A DNA stretch of 64,000 nt from the human T2T-CHM13v2.0 reference genome, Homo sapiens, in assembly GCF_009914755.1 (NCBI RefSeq), contig NC_060929.1, one strand, 5' to 3'. Position numbers and translations under genes: made by a program. Shown here piece after piece: positions 13,392 to 27,645 of the stretch (position 1 is its first letter; each line of letters starts with the position of its first letter). The notes under the pieces are model-generated. The model was not told where the DNA came from. It ran no database searches and worked only from the letters and a program-made list of their open reading frames with translations.

Positions 13392-14054
13392 GCATATGGA
13401 TATTCGGTTCTCCCAGCATCATTTATTAAAAAGACTGTCCTTTTCCTAGTGTATGTTCTTGGCACCTTTGTCAAAAATGAGTTCACTGTAGGTGCGTAGA
13501 TTTGTTTCTGGGTTCTCTATTCTGTTCTGTTTTTCTGCCAGTACCATGCCATTTTGGTTACTATAGCTCTGTAGTATGATTTGAAGTCAGGTAATGTGAT
13601 TCCTCCTTTTTTTTTTTGCTTAGGGTAGCTTTGGCTATTCTAGGTCTTTTGTGGTTCTATATGAATTTTAGATTTTTTTTTCTATTTCTGTGAGGCATTT
13701 CACTGGTAGTTCAATATGGATTGCATTGAATCTGTAGGTTGCTGTTGGTAATATGTATAGTTTATAAATATGGATTCTTCCATCCCATGAACATGGAATA
13801 CCATTCCATTTTTTTGTTGTCCTCTTCAATATCTTTCATCAGTGTTTTACAGTTTTCATTGTAGAGATTTTTCATTTCCTTAAGTTAATTCTTAGATATT
13901 TAATTTTATATGTGGCTAATGTAAATGGGATCAGTTTTGATTTCTTTTGCAGATCGTTCCCCATTGGGCATATAGAAATGCTACTGATTTTTTATATGTT
14001 GATTTTGTATCCTGCAACATAATTGAATTTGTTCATTAGTTCTAAAAGTTTGTG

Positions 14055-14061
<7 letters not shown>

Positions 14062-14105
<44 letters not shown>
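14062..14105. repeat. (TG)n microsatellite of about 22 units inside L1
   Basis: Read directly, uninterrupted. Confidence 0.95.
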
Positions 14106-14107
<2 letters not shown>

Positions 14108-17100
14108 GTCTTCAGGTTTCTCCAAATATAGGATCATATAATCTGCAAGCAAGGATAATTTGATTTCTTTCTTTCCAATTGGGATGCCCTTTATTTCTTT
14201 CTCTTGTGTGATTGCTCTAGCTAGGACTTCCAGTACTATGTTGATAACAGTGGTGAAAGGGGGCATCCTTGTCATGTTCCAGATCTTAGAGGAAAGGCTC
14301 CAGTTTTTCCCCATTCAGTATGATACTAGCTGTGTCATATTTAGCATTTATTGTGTTGAGGAATGTTTCTCCTATACCCATTTTTTAGAGTTTTTGTTAT
14401 GAAGGGATGTTAAATTTTATCAAATACTTTACAGCATCAATTGAAATGATCATCTGGTTTTTATTCTTCATTCTGTTGATATTATGTTTCACACTGATTG
14501 ATTTGCATATGTTAAGCCAACCTTGCATCCCAAGGATACACCCCCCTTGGTTAAGATTAATGATCTTTCTACATGTATTGATTGCAGTTAATGCTGGTAT
14601 TTTGTTGAGAATTTTTGCATCAATATTCATCAGAGATATTGGCCTGTAGCTTTCTTTTTTTGATGTGTCTTTGTCTGGTTTTGGTATCAAAGTAATATGG
14701 CCTCGTAGAATGAGTTTGGAGGTATTGCTTTCTCCTCAGTTTTTTGGAATAGTTTGAATAGGGTTGGTATTAGTTCTTCTTTAAATGTTTGGTATAATGC
14801 AGAAGTGAAGCCATCAGGTCCTAGGATTCTTTATTGGGAGAATTGTTATTAAGGCTTCAATCTCATTACTTTTTATTGATCTGTTCAGGTTTTGGATTTA
14901 TTTCTGGTTAAATCCTAGTAGGTTGTATGTGTCTAGGAATTTCTCCATTTATTCTAGATTTTCCAATTTATTGGCACATAGTTGCTCATAGTAGCCTCCA
15001 ATGGTCCTTTGAATTTCTGAAGTCTCAGTTGTATTGTCTCCTTTTTCATTTCTGATTTTATTTATTTGGGTCTTCTCTCTTTTATTCTTAGTTACTCTGG
15101 CTAAGGATTTGTCAATTTTGTTAAACTTTTTTAAAAAATCAATTTTTGTTGATCTTTTGTATTTTTTTATTTCAATTTTATTAATTTCTGCTCTGATCTT
15201 TATTATTAAAAGGACTTGGGTTTGTGATTTAAGCTGTGTCTACTTTAGGAGGCCCTCCATACCCAGTAATATTGTGGTTCTTGCAGACTCATATAGGTAC
15301 CACCTTGACGGTCCTGCACAAGATCCGAGAGAATTCTCGGTATTACTAGGCAGAGACTCTTGTTCCCTTTTGTTACTTTCTTCCAAAGAAACAGTCTCTC
15401 TTTCTGTTCAGAGCTGCCTGAAGCTGGGTGTTGAGTGACACAAGCAGCCCTGTGGCCACCACCACTGTGACTGTGCTGGGTGAGTCCTGAAGCCAGCACA
15501 GCACTGGGTCTTGCCCAGGGCCTGCTGTGACCACTCCCTGGATACTGCCTATGTTCACTCAAGGCCCTCAGACTCTACAAGTGGTAAAGCCAGTCAGGTC
15601 TGTGTCCTTGCCTTCTTGGCAGCAAGTTCCCCAGTCCCCGGGCAGGTCCAGAGGCAAATTCGGGAGCCTGGGACTAGAGTCAAAAACCTTAGAAGTCTAC
15701 CTGGTGTTCTACCGTACTGCAGGCTGAGTTGGCATTTAAACCACAAGACACAATCATTCCCACTCTTCCCTTCCCCCTTCCAGAGGCAGAGGAGCCCCAT
15801 CCCATGGCCACCGCCACCACAGTTCTACAAGGGGTACTACTGCCAGCCTATGGCTAATGTTCTCCTTAAGGCCCAAGAGCTCTTGAGTCAACTTGTGAAT
15901 GCTGTCTGGCTTTGGACTCACCCTTCAGGGAAGTGGGCTCTCCTCTGCCCCAGGGCAGGTCCAGAAATGCTGTCCAAGAGACAAGTTATTGTGTAGGGGA
16001 CCCCAAAAGCCCAGGTGGTGCTCTGCTCCCCTGTGGCTGAGCTGGTATCTAAGGTACAAGACAAAGTCCCCTTTATTTTTCTCTCTGCTTTTCTCAAACA
16101 GAAAGAATCTCACCTCATAGCCACCACAGCTAGGAATGTGCTCAGTGTCAACTGATACCAGCAAGTCTCAGAGCTTCACTAAAGGCTCTCAACATAATAC
16201 CTGGCTATCACTACTGGTTATTCAGAGGTCAAGTGCTCTTCCCTTAGCAGGTGATGAATCTTGCCAGGACAAGGTCCTTCCCTTCAAGGGAACAGGTTCT
16301 TTTCTGGCCGAGGGCATGTGTAGAAATGTTGTCCAGGAGCTAGGGCCTGGAAAGAGGACCTCACAACTCTGACTGGTGCCCTATCCTACTGTGGCTGAGC
16401 TGGTATCCATGATTCAAGACAGAGTCCTCTTTCTTCTCCCCTCTCCACTCCTCAAGTGGAAGAAAAGGGTCCCTTTTAGAGCCCATGAACTGTGCAGCTT
16501 GGGTTAGGAAAGTGGTGATGCCATACCCCCTTAGGTGCCCTGGTTAGTGTCTCAGTAGCTCATGTGTACCCAAGCTGTTGTTTCTGTGCCCAGCTCAGCA
16601 CTAGGACTCCTATAATACTTGCAGTCCTTGTGCCTAGACTGCCTTTCAAGTTTATTAGGGCCCCAGAGCACTTTAGCCCACGGTGGTGAGGCTTTCAGGA
16701 ACTTAAATTCACTGCTGGAACTGGTGATTCTATTTGACTAGGGCTGGTTTATATGTTCCCTCTGTAGGTGGGCATCAGTTGAGTTTCATCTGGTTTACCT
16801 TTCTGTTTTAACAGGACAGCATTGAGTTCATTGCCTCAAAATTGCTGCGCTCTCCTTCTGCCAGTGCCCAGAGATGCTCCCCACACCACACTGCACTGCT
16901 GGGGGATGTTAGAGGTGATTCAAGACAGTTTTTCCTACCTCTTCAGTGCCTCTTTCAGCAATATGAAGTTAAAACCAGGTACTATGAGAACTCACCTGAT
17001 TTTTAGTTCTTATGAAGGTGCTTTCCTTGTGTAAATATTTGTTAAATTGTTTTCCTTGCCAGAGGAATGATCAGTGGAGCCTTCTATTCTGCCACCTTTC

Positions 17101-17116
17101 TCTGCCTCTCTCCAAT

Positions 17117-17482
17117 CCTCTTACCTTTTTCACACAGCCTTCGTGGTTATCACAGAGACTTAAGATGGAATGTTAAATACACTCTTTTATATTGGAAATA
17201 AAATGAAAACCAGATATAAACAAATAAACAAGCCACGGAGAAAAGAAAACAAACTTTGAATAATTAATTTATTGTAACTCATAAGCCCAGCGTTGTATAA
17301 AAAATGTTGTCATCCTGTTATATTTCTTTGTCTTCTTCCTGTTAGCAAGAATTTGGCTTTTAACTTCTAAGCACTATCCCTGTTTCTCTGTAGTGGTGCA
17401 TCCCAGAATGGCCATTCCTAGCTTTTTGATTAAATACTCTTTAAAATAGAAATCTGACCCTTTTGATTATTTCAGTTTGGCA
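17117..17482 (+). mobile_element. ERV1 (MER4-group) LTR, 3' part
   Basis: Resumes from the TSD: CTTAAGATGGAATGTTAAATACACTC...GATTATTTCAGTTTGGCA. Confidence 0.6.
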
Positions 17483-20400
17483 GTGCGTTGATTATTACAG
17501 GTGCAGTATCTTTGCCAGACTTCACTGTATAACCTGGAAGCAAACGTGAATTGTTTAAAACCACTGAAATTTTAGAATTGTTTGTTGCTGAAGCACCACC
17601 AGTTTTTTTCTGACCGATGCACTGTCACTCAACTTCTGAAACTGCCATGGGGTATTTTGAAAATGTCTGGTGGCTTGCTGCGAGTAACTTAGTCTAATAT
17701 GTGATGATGATGATCCTAATACAGTAATGTGTTTGAGTTACCAAAAAGAGATTATTTTTCTTGTGTTACACCTATAAAACATGTTTATGACTTTATTTGG
17801 CAATTTCTGGGATTTGGCCAATGTGATTTACAGATTTCAATGTGTTTCAGAGTTTTATGATTCTAGGGCTGAGAATAACAGATTTTCTAGGGATTTTGCC
17901 TATCCTGACAGCCATAAAAAAAGCAGCAGGATGTACTTTTGCAATCTAGTGGTCAGTTATTTGGGCATCAACGCCCACATAACCTGTATGAGAAGCTTCA
18001 CAGAAAGTCAGTTTCTCCCACTGAGGTTTTATTTTATTGGGTTTAACATTTCATACCTGATATTTGGTTATTAGCTTATACATGTGGCAGTGAACTAAGT
18101 AGATGGCATTTAGCTGAGATCATAGGCACAAAATTACATTAAAAATTAAGATAGCAAGGTTCATTTACCATAGCTGCTTGCTAATGAAGATATATTACTA
18201 ATGAAGAAATTTAGCTTGTAACAGGAACTTCCACCTGAGAGTGCAAAAAATACAGAAGCCACGAGTAAACTAAGACAAAGGCATGAGAAATTATTCCCAA
18301 TTAAATATCAATCAGGTATTTTCTGAACCTCAGACTGCAAGAAAAAGTGTCCCTAGTTGTATAACCAAAGAATACAGGCACGGCTCTGTCTGATGTGATC
18401 CTAGACTAATTCGAATTTGAAGTTGTCAGTATACTCTCCCCAGTGTTCCCGTCCTTTCAAAATGCAATTGCTTATATCTTTGCTCTTGGTTCATGCCTTC
18501 TAAAATAGGGTGATACAAAACCAAACAGCACTCAAACTTTAGAATAACTGCTGTGACAGCAACAAACATGTTCTACATTTGTTCTCTTTCTTCTGCTGAA
18601 GTTTTGAAAATACTTTGACCTGCCAGAGTCAAAAAGCAGGGCCTATAACTTGTCTGATAGCTGGAACTGCATCTTTCTTGTTAACAGACTCCATGGTGTT
18701 TACTTGCATTCTAGAAGCACATGGTAAAATTGCAGGAAAAAGTCTTATCCTTTGGTTACTCACAGGAATGCTTTCAAGAATAAGCACAGCATAAAAAGTC
18801 ATGAAATGGCAATCTCTGAGGCTGGTAAGTTGGAGGCAGTAGTGTGCAAAACAGTGAGGCCAAATGAACAAATGAGGGTATGCCAGGGGCTCATGGAAGG
18901 CTAAAGTACTGAAAAATGTTCTCAGCCCAAGGATAGCAGATTGTGGAGTCTCACTATGTTAGTGGACAGCCTGATACCACTCACCTGTTGGGTTGTAGTT
19001 CAAACAATGAGTCTTGAGAAACCCAGAGGGGAATCTGGTGGAATATTCTGATGCAAAATGATGGTGAATTTTTATAGACCTCAAGCATTAGTCAATGTAT
19101 TGTTTCACATGCAGGGTCCTCCTGTCCACAGTAGTTGAGTGTAAACTATATTTTTGGTGTTGATGTTCACTCAGTTCATAAAGAGTATTTATTGCATGCC
19201 TATGTGCTAAACCTAGGGCTATAAAAATAAACAAGTCCAAGGTCTTTTTTTTCCCAAGGGGACAAATCTAGTTGGCTCTGAGGGTTTAGATTCTTTATTC
19301 TTCTAGGAGTTCCTGAGGTAAGTGGCTCAGCAGGTCAGAGTTAATTCAATAGAACAGGCTGATACCAGCCACTGCTAATTCTTCCTGACAAAACCATTTT
19401 TAAACAGAGAGCATCCATTGGTACTAGTTACACAAGTGCTCCATGCTCCCAAGCCATATACATATGCGGAGCATCAGAGACATGAAGGCGCTGTATACCA
19501 GCTTGTTGGCCATAGGTATGAAGACTATGATGTTGGGTACTGAGAGTTCAAGGGTGTGTGTGCCTCCTACTTCTCTGATCCTAAGCTTGTCCCCAGTAAA
19601 CTCCATGCTCTATCTGTACCACATGCTAGTGGTGTTGACAGTAACCCCTTTGCACAGCTCAGGAGGGGCACAGACAAGTAAAGAGCCAACCAACGTAGTC
19701 TTAAAGCATATAAAACAGCATTATTTCGCACTGCTGAGAAAGAGCACTAATACCATCAGCATTCTATGGGGCAGTTTCACGAAGATTCTGCCGATTAAGG
19801 AGGGCCCTAAATACTGAGTAAAATTTGGATAGAGGCAGGGAGGAGGCATTTGGAGTGAAGGCAAGTGGTTGAGAAGAGTGTAGGGTGCTTGGCTGGTGAG
19901 AAGCTTTTAGGGCTTGGATGTGTGTGCTCTCAGCAAATCACATCTGCCCTTTGCTAAGGACGCAGGGAGTAACTGTGCATTGGTTTATGCCACAGCCTTC
20001 CTAGAAATATCAACACCAATAGAATAGTTATGAACACGAAATCCTACAACATAGAGCTGAAATGCATCTGAGATCTATTAGAATGGTTTTTTTCTCTTCA
20101 AGCTGATTTTCCACCTTTCTTTCAAGGCATTGCTTTCTCTGAAGGGGGCAGCCTTGAACTTCTACACATAGCACACACTCTGTTAAACATTCATATATTT
20201 TTAAAGTTTGGATTTTACTACATTTTTCTTATAATTATGGTTTGGTATTTGATGGTAATAGGTAGGTTCTCTACCTTGTTCTCTTCCAGCAAGTAGGTTC
20301 ACATTTTTGTATTCTGGAAGCTCTGGGGTTTGCATCTATTGCTAAAATAGAGTCAAAGTTGTCGGCATCAAAGGAGCAAAGCTCAATCCCCTTTAAAATT

Positions 20401-21177
20401 TCTAAGAAAACACCTGTGTCTAAATGCCAAGTAAACAATTTAATAATAATGTGACATTCTATATTTTCTAATAAAGTTTTTTTATGTCACTTTAGCAGAA
20501 TAAATATCAAGAAAAAAATAGAAAGGTCACCTAACTGATTCTTTCTCAAACCACACAGTACCATTGACTAAAGTAAGAGTTTTAATTCATCTAAATTTCT
20601 CTGGACTGTTGAACAAAGGTTTTATAGATTTGAGGTTATGTGAAGATTATAAACTTAATAATACAACTCGACTTCACATACCCTAGCTTCTGCCTATAGA
20701 CCATGACTTGGTAAAAAGGGCAGATGCACATGTTGTATTAAATATGAAGTTAATATCCATCCTCTCATTCCAACTACCTTCTTTTCTTAACATGAAATTT
20801 ACTTTGACCTTCTCAAATAATAATTCTCTGTAGCTAGAAGAGGGCAGGGAAGGATAAATAATGAATGTTACAAAGTGATGGGCAGGCAGGGTAGGGGGGT
20901 GGGGGAATGACCTAGAATGTTAAATCTAGCTAAATTTATATTATGAAGGCAAAATAAAGACATAATTTAGTTCAAACAAAATCAGATGCAATCTTTTTTA
21001 GCCAACTTTCTCTACAAGATATAATAGAGAAATTTCTTCAGGTTGAAGGAAAATTATAGTACGTTAAAATTTGTATATACATAAAGGAATGTGCAGACTT
21101 GGAAATGATAAATATCTATGTAAATAAGACAAGTATTTTAGGTTTCTATTTAAAATATAATTAACAGTTTAAAGAAG

Positions 21178-21692
21178 AATTTCTCAAACACTTTTGTCTC
21201 ATCATACCTTTGTAGTTGTGATAATTATTGAGGATCCTGGATAATTTGTTGATGTGGATTACATCTACTAATATTTTCTGTATTAGAAATTAAAACTGAC
21301 ATATTTATTAATAATATCTATTAATGAAAATATTTATTTATTTGTTTAAAACTAGTAATAATAACCCCATTTTATATTAACAAAAAATAATATCTTTTTA
21401 AGAAAAGTAACTATATTTTTCAAGGAAGAAAAACAATTAGTGAGGAGAATGGCATTTAAAAAATATTTTGCCAATCGCTTCAATTCCAGACTTAATAAAG
21501 AGCAGCTAAAGCATAATATGTGCTTTTGCATTTGGTCTGTTGCAATATCGTATATCATGTAGCCTTTGAGAGAATGAGAATGAAAGTGTAAGCAGTGTCT
21601 TACAATTATGAAAATAGTTTCCACCTCATGGATACCCTGAAAAGATCCTATGAACCACAGGAGACCCCAGACTGCACTTTTAGAACTATTTG
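21178..21692. mobile_element. Non-autonomous hAT-Charlie element (MER119/Charlie1-derived)
   Basis: TTTCTCAAAC...CAGACTGCACTTTTAGAAC termini; internal AATTAGTGAGGAGAATGGCAT. Confidence 0.65.
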
Positions 21693-22311
21693 TGTAAAGC
21701 AAAAATAATAGGACTGTACTTTGAAGTTTATGACATATATAGAAATAAAATATATGAAAACATTAGCATATAGGTTGGAAGGGAAAAATGAAAGTAAATT
21801 TTGTATGATTCTCATCCTTTACCTGTGGATTTATAATATAATTTAGAAGTAGCCTGGGGTAAGCTAAATATGTGTATTGGAAAGCCTAGAGCAATTATTA
21901 AGAATAAATAAATAAAACAAATTTAACAAATAATTTAAAAGTGGAGAATATTAAAATATAACATTAAAATAATCATTTAATCTTAAAGAAGTCAGGAAGA
22001 GAGGCAAAAAGAAAATATGAATATATGGCACATATAGAAAATAAACAATAAAATGCTAATCATGTGCCCAAGAATATCATAAATTACATTAAATGTAAAT
22101 GGATCATAATCAATGACTTAAGCTTCTACCTAAAAAGCTAGAAAAAGAAGGAAAGACCAAGTTTGACCAAAATAAGTATAAGTAAGGAAATAATAAGGGT
22201 TGAAACAACAAAATAGAAAATAAAGCAACAGTATAGAAAATCAATAAAAGCAAAAGCTTGATCTTAGACTACATCAGTAAAATTAAAAAACTCTTATTAC
22301 TCATTCTGATC

Positions 22312-22580
22312 AAACTTGTACAGGAACTGAAAACCTAATACCACATGTTCTCACTCATAAGTGGGAGTTGAACAGTGAGAACGCATGGACACAGGGAAGG
22401 GATCATCACACAGTGGGGCCTGTCAGAGGCTAGGGAAGGGATAACATTAGGAGAAATACCTAATATAGATGAGGGGTTGATGGATGCAGCAAACCACCAT
22501 GGCATGTGTATACCTATGTAACAAACCTGCATGTTCTGCAAATGTATCCTAAAACTTAAAGTATAATTTAAAAAAATTAA
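22312..22580 (+). mobile_element. 5'-truncated L1PA 3' end (L1PA7/8-like)
   Basis: CATGTTCTCACTCATAAGTGGGAGTTGAAC...GCAAACCACCATGGCA...AACTTAAAGTATAAT followed by an A tail. Confidence 0.9.
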
Positions 22581-25479
22581 AAATTAGAAATTAGAATAAT
22601 GAAATATATTATGAATAAATTTGTCGAAAAAATCAACTTAAATAAGTATATAAATTCCTCAAAAGATGAAAACAAAATTGAAACAAAAAGGAAAATATTA
22701 AAATAACCTGTACCCCAAAATTAAATTTTAAATAAAAAGTTTTTTATAAAAATCTAAGTCCCAGATGGATTCACTGGTGAATTCCATCAAATATTTAACA
22801 CAAAAGTAATACCAATCTTATGCAATAGTTTTTTAAGTAAGAGGACAAAACATTTTGCAAATCCTTTTATAAGGCCAGCATGGCCCCATTCATTACCAAA
22901 ACCAGAGATAGTACAAGCAAGTGTAGCTATGACTCTTAAGAACATTTATGCAAAATCCTTTACAAAATCTTACTGTTTAGCAAAACAAATGCAGAAATAT
23001 ATAGAAAGACTAGTACTTAAAGGTCAAGTGAGGTTATTCTTAGGAATGCAAAGTTGGTTTATCATTCAAACCACAATCATTTAAATTCTCCACATGCAGG
23101 CAATATAGAAAAACTCTATGATTATTTCAACAGAAGCAAATAATAATTTGTGAGAATTCAAAATGTATTCATTATATTTTTTAAAAATCAGAAGATTAGG
23201 ATTAGTTTTAAAAAAAGCCTTCTATAACCTAATCTAACCTAATACAGAATTTGAAAGAATAAAACTTCCTCTCTCAGTTTAAGAAAAGGTCAAGTATTTC
23301 TGCTCACACAGTTCTGCTAAGCCTTATACTGGAGATCTCAACCATTGAAATAAGGCAAGGGAAATAAATTTTCAAAATACAAAATAGAAATGAGGAAACA
23401 GGATTATTCTTATTCAGAGACATGAATGTGTCACACAGAATATCCTTAAAAAATTACAAATAGCAGAACTAATAAGTTATTTTTGCAAGACTACAGGGAA
23501 CAAAGTCAACATACAAAAATAAAATGACTTATATGCAAATAAACAGTTAAAATATAAAATTTTGGAAATTCATGATTATGCCAAAACCAGGAGATAACCA
23601 GAGACAAATTTAATAAAACCTTGAATTTAATATTGAAGCCCTATACAATGAAAACTATAAATCATTCCTGAGAGAAATTATAAAAGATCTATATAAATGA
23701 AAACATGTATTTTTTTACTGGATTAGAAAGCTCAATATTGTCAAGACGTCAATTCTCCTCAAAGTGATCCATAGATTTAAGGTAATTCCAAATTAAATCT
23801 AATAAGTTTCTAAGGAAATTTAACAAGATATCTCTAAAATGTATGTGGTTATAAGCTAGAATATCCAAAATGATTTTGAAAGTGAAGCACCAAACTGGAC
23901 AACTTACACTGCTTTGTCTCAAGAGTTTTAGAAAGCTAAAAAGCATTAATTAGGAGTTATAGGTGGATGTATGGGCCCACATACAGCCTTATTTTAGCTA
24001 TGAGGCTGTAGAAATTATGACCGTTTTCAATGATGATTCCAGAATTCAGGATTCAGTGACAGACTGAGGATCATAAGGGATCGCCGCTATTGCTCTGTGC
24101 CTCACTTCTGCTCCAGGTGATGCTAAGGTTGGTGAGCCAGGGTTGGTAGACTCAGCACCTTTCCTGTCAGAGGCCCTGGCAGCCTGGAACACTGTGGGCT
24201 TTGAATGAGTGACACACACTTTGGCCTTATTTTGCTAATCCTTTACGCTGCCCTTGCAGACTCATCTTTTCAAAAGTTTCTCAATTCTAAATATTTTACT
24301 TTAAAAATGGCAACATATGTAGTACCAGGTATAAAACCAAAGGAAAACCCAAAAGAAGAAAATAGGTTTTAACAACTGTATAATAAGTAAACACTACTTA
24401 GAGCTATTTTTCTAAAGCCCAGAGCAGAGAGATATAGGCAAAAGTTAGATGAGTATTGAATGAATATTTAGAAACTGGTTTACACTTATCTACAGCAATA
24501 GAAGTCAAAACAGCAGCTGCATGCAGGAGGGATACTGAATGGAGAGGAGCACTCAGGTACCCTTGGGGAGCTGGAAATGTTCTATAGGAATATATGCATG
24601 TAAATATATAGACTCAGTTGAGCTGCACACCTATTAGTGCAGTTCTCTCTATGTGTGCTTCTTTCAATAAATGAGCACAAAACTGTGCTTGATAGAATTG
24701 ATTTTGTTAGAGATGCTGATTGAGAGAATGCAAAATTAGATTTGGAAATATTTTATTGTCCTATAAGAAAATTTCCTCCTTAAAATACATCTAAAATAAA
24801 TTAGAGCAAGGAACAAGCAGGCTATGTTTAAACACAGAGCTCACTGGTCATGTGGGATCCAATTTAATGAGAAGGGACATAAAGCAATTTCCCATCAATG
24901 GAAGTCCCCATCACCCAGTCCTGGAGTTTTCCTGAAAGGCAAAGCAACCTCCTTCTGAATCTTCAAACACCATGGCCCTGAGCGTGCTGTATTTGTCTTT
25001 ATTTATGACAGCCACACACTATCTCATGGCAGAAGACACCACTTAACCCAGGCATCCCACATGGAGGCTGTATGTACTGGCAGATTTTTAATGACCAGGA
25101 CCACTATGGATCATAGAACAACTTGGAAGCTAGTTCTTTTTTTAAGCATTGACATCCATCAATCTTTCGCCTTTACCTAATGCTGCATTCAAAAGAAATA
25201 TGTGGAGCAGCAGCAAATTAAAGAAGACCAAAATCTGAACCACTGCCAGGCTCTCTCCATGTAAGTGGGTTTCTTTGTTCTCCTTATAAGGCAAGATAAT
25301 GAAGAACTTTTAACTAAGAGGGCGGGCTAATGTTATTATAAATTAATAATATAATGACTGATTCAGGGATAGACTGCTTAGATGGAGCATGGTAGAGTGT
25401 TGAAGTCCTGGGCTGGGTACACTGTGAAGGTCCTACAAAGAAACTAGACTCAATTTTCTAAGTGAGCAATTTACAGCTA

Positions 25480-25870
25480 TTGCAAGGAAAACAAGCACGA
25501 TGTTTAGGGGAGGAACAGATGTACCTAAAATCTCAGTGATTCAATGTAATAGAAAATTAGTTCTTGTTCCTATAAACTACAATAAGCATGTTCATTTCTG
25601 TGGGCCCATTCACGGCCCCATAACATGGGAAGCTCAACCTGTGTAGCACCTGGTGACCTCTCAGCTGGTTGAGGGAGAGACATAGTGGTGGGTATGTCTG
25701 GTGGGCTTTGAGGGTCAGGCCTAGAAGCAGCATCAATCACATCTGTCCACATCCAATTGGCTGGAAGTCAGTCATGTGGCTACATCTAGATAAAAAGTGT
25801 CCAGCAAAAGTAGCTATATTATGGAAGAGATGCATGAGTCTTTGGTGGCCTGAGAGCTGTCTCCACCACA
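25480..25870 (-). mobile_element. Old MaLR LTR (MLT1K/L-like)
   Basis: AAAATCTCAGTG...CACATCCAATTGGCTGGAAGTCAGTCATGTGGC. Confidence 0.5.
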
Positions 25871-26572
25871 GACAACAAAAGTACTGTTTGAAAATAATTT
25901 TCAAGACTATTAATACAGTAAGTTATTTTAATGGGTCCAAAGTATAAAATGCTTGCCTTGGACATCAAAATATCAAAGCAATTGGATTCAATTATCCAAA
26001 AATAATCTGCCAGAAAGACTTACCTTTGAAATAAAATAATTCCTACTTTAAGGGTAGAGCAGTAAGAAATGTATAAAACGACTGGAATATATAAATTGAG
26101 AAAATGGAGTAAAGATCAATAATTCTTCATTAGGGAGAGTTAGGTATTAATTAATTTCTATATAAGAGTATGTGTGTGAAAATTTTAAAGTATAAACTTT
26201 CTTTTAAAGTATATGCTTTATTTAAACACAATATACAAAATTTATACAAATCAGGAGTGCTTACCTCAATAAATTTTAACAAAATGAACACACCTATAAA
26301 ACCAGTACCTGGATCAAGATAAAAAAATGTTAAAGTGCTGCCTTCAAGCCCTCTCCTCCCTGACACCAATCACTGTGCCAAATAAAGTTAACTTCTGTCT
26401 TAGCTACAAGCATTTCAGGGCAATTCGATCTGATTGTGAATGTTATATGAATGGTGTCATACAGCATGTACCCTTTTATCAAATTGGTTTTCCTCAAAAT
26501 TTTGTTTATCAGCTTTATTTATGCTGTGACATATGGCAGTGATGATGAAGAATACTCCATTGCTACTTCTAA

Positions 26573-26888
<316 letters not shown>

Positions 26889-27084
26889 ACTTCCAAAGCT
26901 TTAAATAGTTCCCAGAATATCATGTACACTCTTCTCTTTGGGATTTTTCTTTCCAACTTCCACCTAACGCTGTATTCTCATACATTTCACCTAAGCCTAA
27001 ATCCCTCATCTAATGATAATACCTAACTTTATTGCACAGATACTAAGTATAGGGCCCTGAGATATGGAGATTGATAAATAGAGT

Positions 27085-27506
27085 TTCTAGGTACTCCTTC
27101 CTTAGCTTCTTTTGCAGTTAGGTGTGGCCATATAGCTAAATTTCAGCCAATGGCAAGTGAGTCTGTGTGATATCTGAGACTTGCAGAAATGACCCAATCC
27201 ATCCTCTCTCAATCAAGTTTTTGTATTATTTCCTCCCCATGACCATGCATGGGGATCCTGGAAGCCACATGTTCAAGATGATGAAGGCACAAGAAAAAGG
27301 GGGGCTGGGCTCCTAAATCACTGCTCAAAGGAAAACCTTCTGCCATCCAGGAACACTGACTCTGGGATTTATGTATGTAAGCAGTAATAGCCTTCTACTT
27401 AGGTTTGAGATATTATACACACAGGATTTTGCTTTGGTTCTGCTCTGCTTGAAGTATACATACATGTTTATCTGCTACAGCAGCTGGAGTCACCTTAACT
27501 AGTATA
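27085..27506 (+). mobile_element. Old class III LTR (MLT1J/LTR16-like)
   Basis: GCAGTTAGGTGTGGCCAT...AGCCAATGG and GGAAGCCACATGTTCAAGATG motifs. Confidence 0.5.
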
Positions 27507-27645
27507 CCTGCTGCAGGGACACATGGCTGGCTGTCTATTGACATCTCCCCTACAGGTTTCACAGGGTCCTCAAGTTTGGCAGGTTCAAAATTTATCCTAT
27601 TTCTCTTGCCCATCCCAACTCTATTGCACTCCCTCCACTGCATGC

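Larger units (their letters stand above)
12011..17116 (-). mobile_element. L1MA (L1MA1-3-like) with 5'UTR, ORF2 RT relic and 3' end; ORF1 and the endonuclease region are deleted
   Basis: ORF 14397-14690 gives L1 RT motif [23 protein letters not shown] 14042-14314 gives [21 protein letters not shown]1MA 3' end at 12.0-12.5 kb; 5'UTR at 15.2-17.1 kb. TSD CCTCTTATCATT (11999-12010) / CCTCTTACCTTT (17117-17128). Confidence 0.92.
21020..23940 (+). mobile_element. Old degraded L1M (late ORF1, spacer, ORF2 fragments), interrupted by younger elements
   Basis: A-rich strand with CCCAGATGGATTCACTGGTGAATTCCATCAAATATTTAA, GGAATGCAAAGTTGGTTT and CTCAATATTGTCAAGA ORF2 landmarks. Confidence 0.75.

Noticed and set aside
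14042-14690. ORFs with reverse-transcriptase-like peptides
   Set aside because: Frameshifted L1 ORF2 remnants interrupted by a (TG)n tract; not a functional gene.
15245-16372. Dense cluster of overlapping ORFs up to 161 aa
   Set aside because: GC-richer L1MA 5'UTR; no recognisable protein.
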